DNA of 15,095 bases from Polyangiales bacterium (lineage in GTDB: Bacteria; Myxococcota_A; Polyangia; Polyangiales; Houyiibacteriaceae): positions 1 through 15,095 of the forward strand of contig JBGCFM010000031.1 in assembly GCA_045106895.1 (NCBI GenBank), given 5' to 3'. The notes below the pieces were generated by a model. The model worked only from the letters and a program-made list of their open reading frames with translations. It was not told the origin of the DNA and ran no database searches. The position numbers and the translations under genes were made by a program. Of the stretch, positions 14,887 through 15,095 are shown one piece after another. Within the stretch, counting starts at the first letter, position 1; each line of letters begins with the position of its first letter.

Positions 14887-15095
14887 ATGAGCCTCGAACG
14901 AGAATTGGACGCCCTGGCTTCGGCCACGATGCAAAGTGCCCTCGGCCTTGAAGAAGTCCCCAGCGCCATCCTGCGCAAAGCCCAGGATTCGAAGTTTGGC
15001 GACTACCAAATCAACGGCTGCATGGGCCTCGCCAAGAAGCTCGGCAAATCGCCGCGAGACCTCGCGGGCCCCGTCGCGGAAGCGATGCTCGCCAC
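14887..15095 (+). CDS. argS: Arginine--tRNA ligase, 5' part (runs off the right edge)
   Basis: Not in the ORF track. MSLERELDALASATMQSALGLEEVPSAILRKAQDSKFGDYQINGCMGLAKKLGKSPRDLAGPVAEAMLA contains the ArgRS N-terminal motif FGDYQ.N..M.LAK.LGK.PR.LA. Confidence 0.9.
   Translation, partial: MSLERELDALASATMQSALGLEEVPSAILRKAQDSKFGDYQINGCMGLAKKLGKSPRDLAGPVAEAMLA

Noticed and set aside
1..15095. CRISPR arrays, tRNA/rRNA genes, transposases, prophage genes
   Set aside because: No regularly spaced nucleotide repeats, cloverleaf motifs or mobile-element proteins seen; the window is almost fully covered by protein genes.

Overview
GC-rich chromosomal window, inferred to be myxobacterial (Myxococcota, Polyangiales/Sandaracinaceae-like) from its membrane Ser/Thr kinase with a PEGA-like tail, its DAG-repeat and Cys-rich lipoproteins and a TPR-like protein with a C-terminal TM anchor. 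Left to right: 5' end of a minus-strand gene with a V4R-sensor-like N-terminus; a lipoprotein with an 8-Cys module and a divergent RlpA-like double-psi barrel; a minus-strand run of lon, class II sirtuin, ppa, M14 peptidase and dienelactone hydrolase; a translationally coupled four-gene unit (Ser/Thr kinase > orphan type-I substrate-binding lipoprotein > Cys-rich lipoprotein > TPR-like membrane protein); a long acyl-CoA dehydrogenase; an apparently frameshifted Gly-rich membrane protein; and the 5' end of argS. The best candidate for an undescribed system is the four-gene kinase unit, which could be a trans-envelope signalling module. Also notable are the RlpA-like lipoprotein and a recurring leaderless-promoter pattern (TANNNT, 6 nt, start codon, no Shine-Dalgarno). 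No RNA genes, CRISPR arrays or mobile elements were seen. All family calls come from motif recognition by eye, not database searches.
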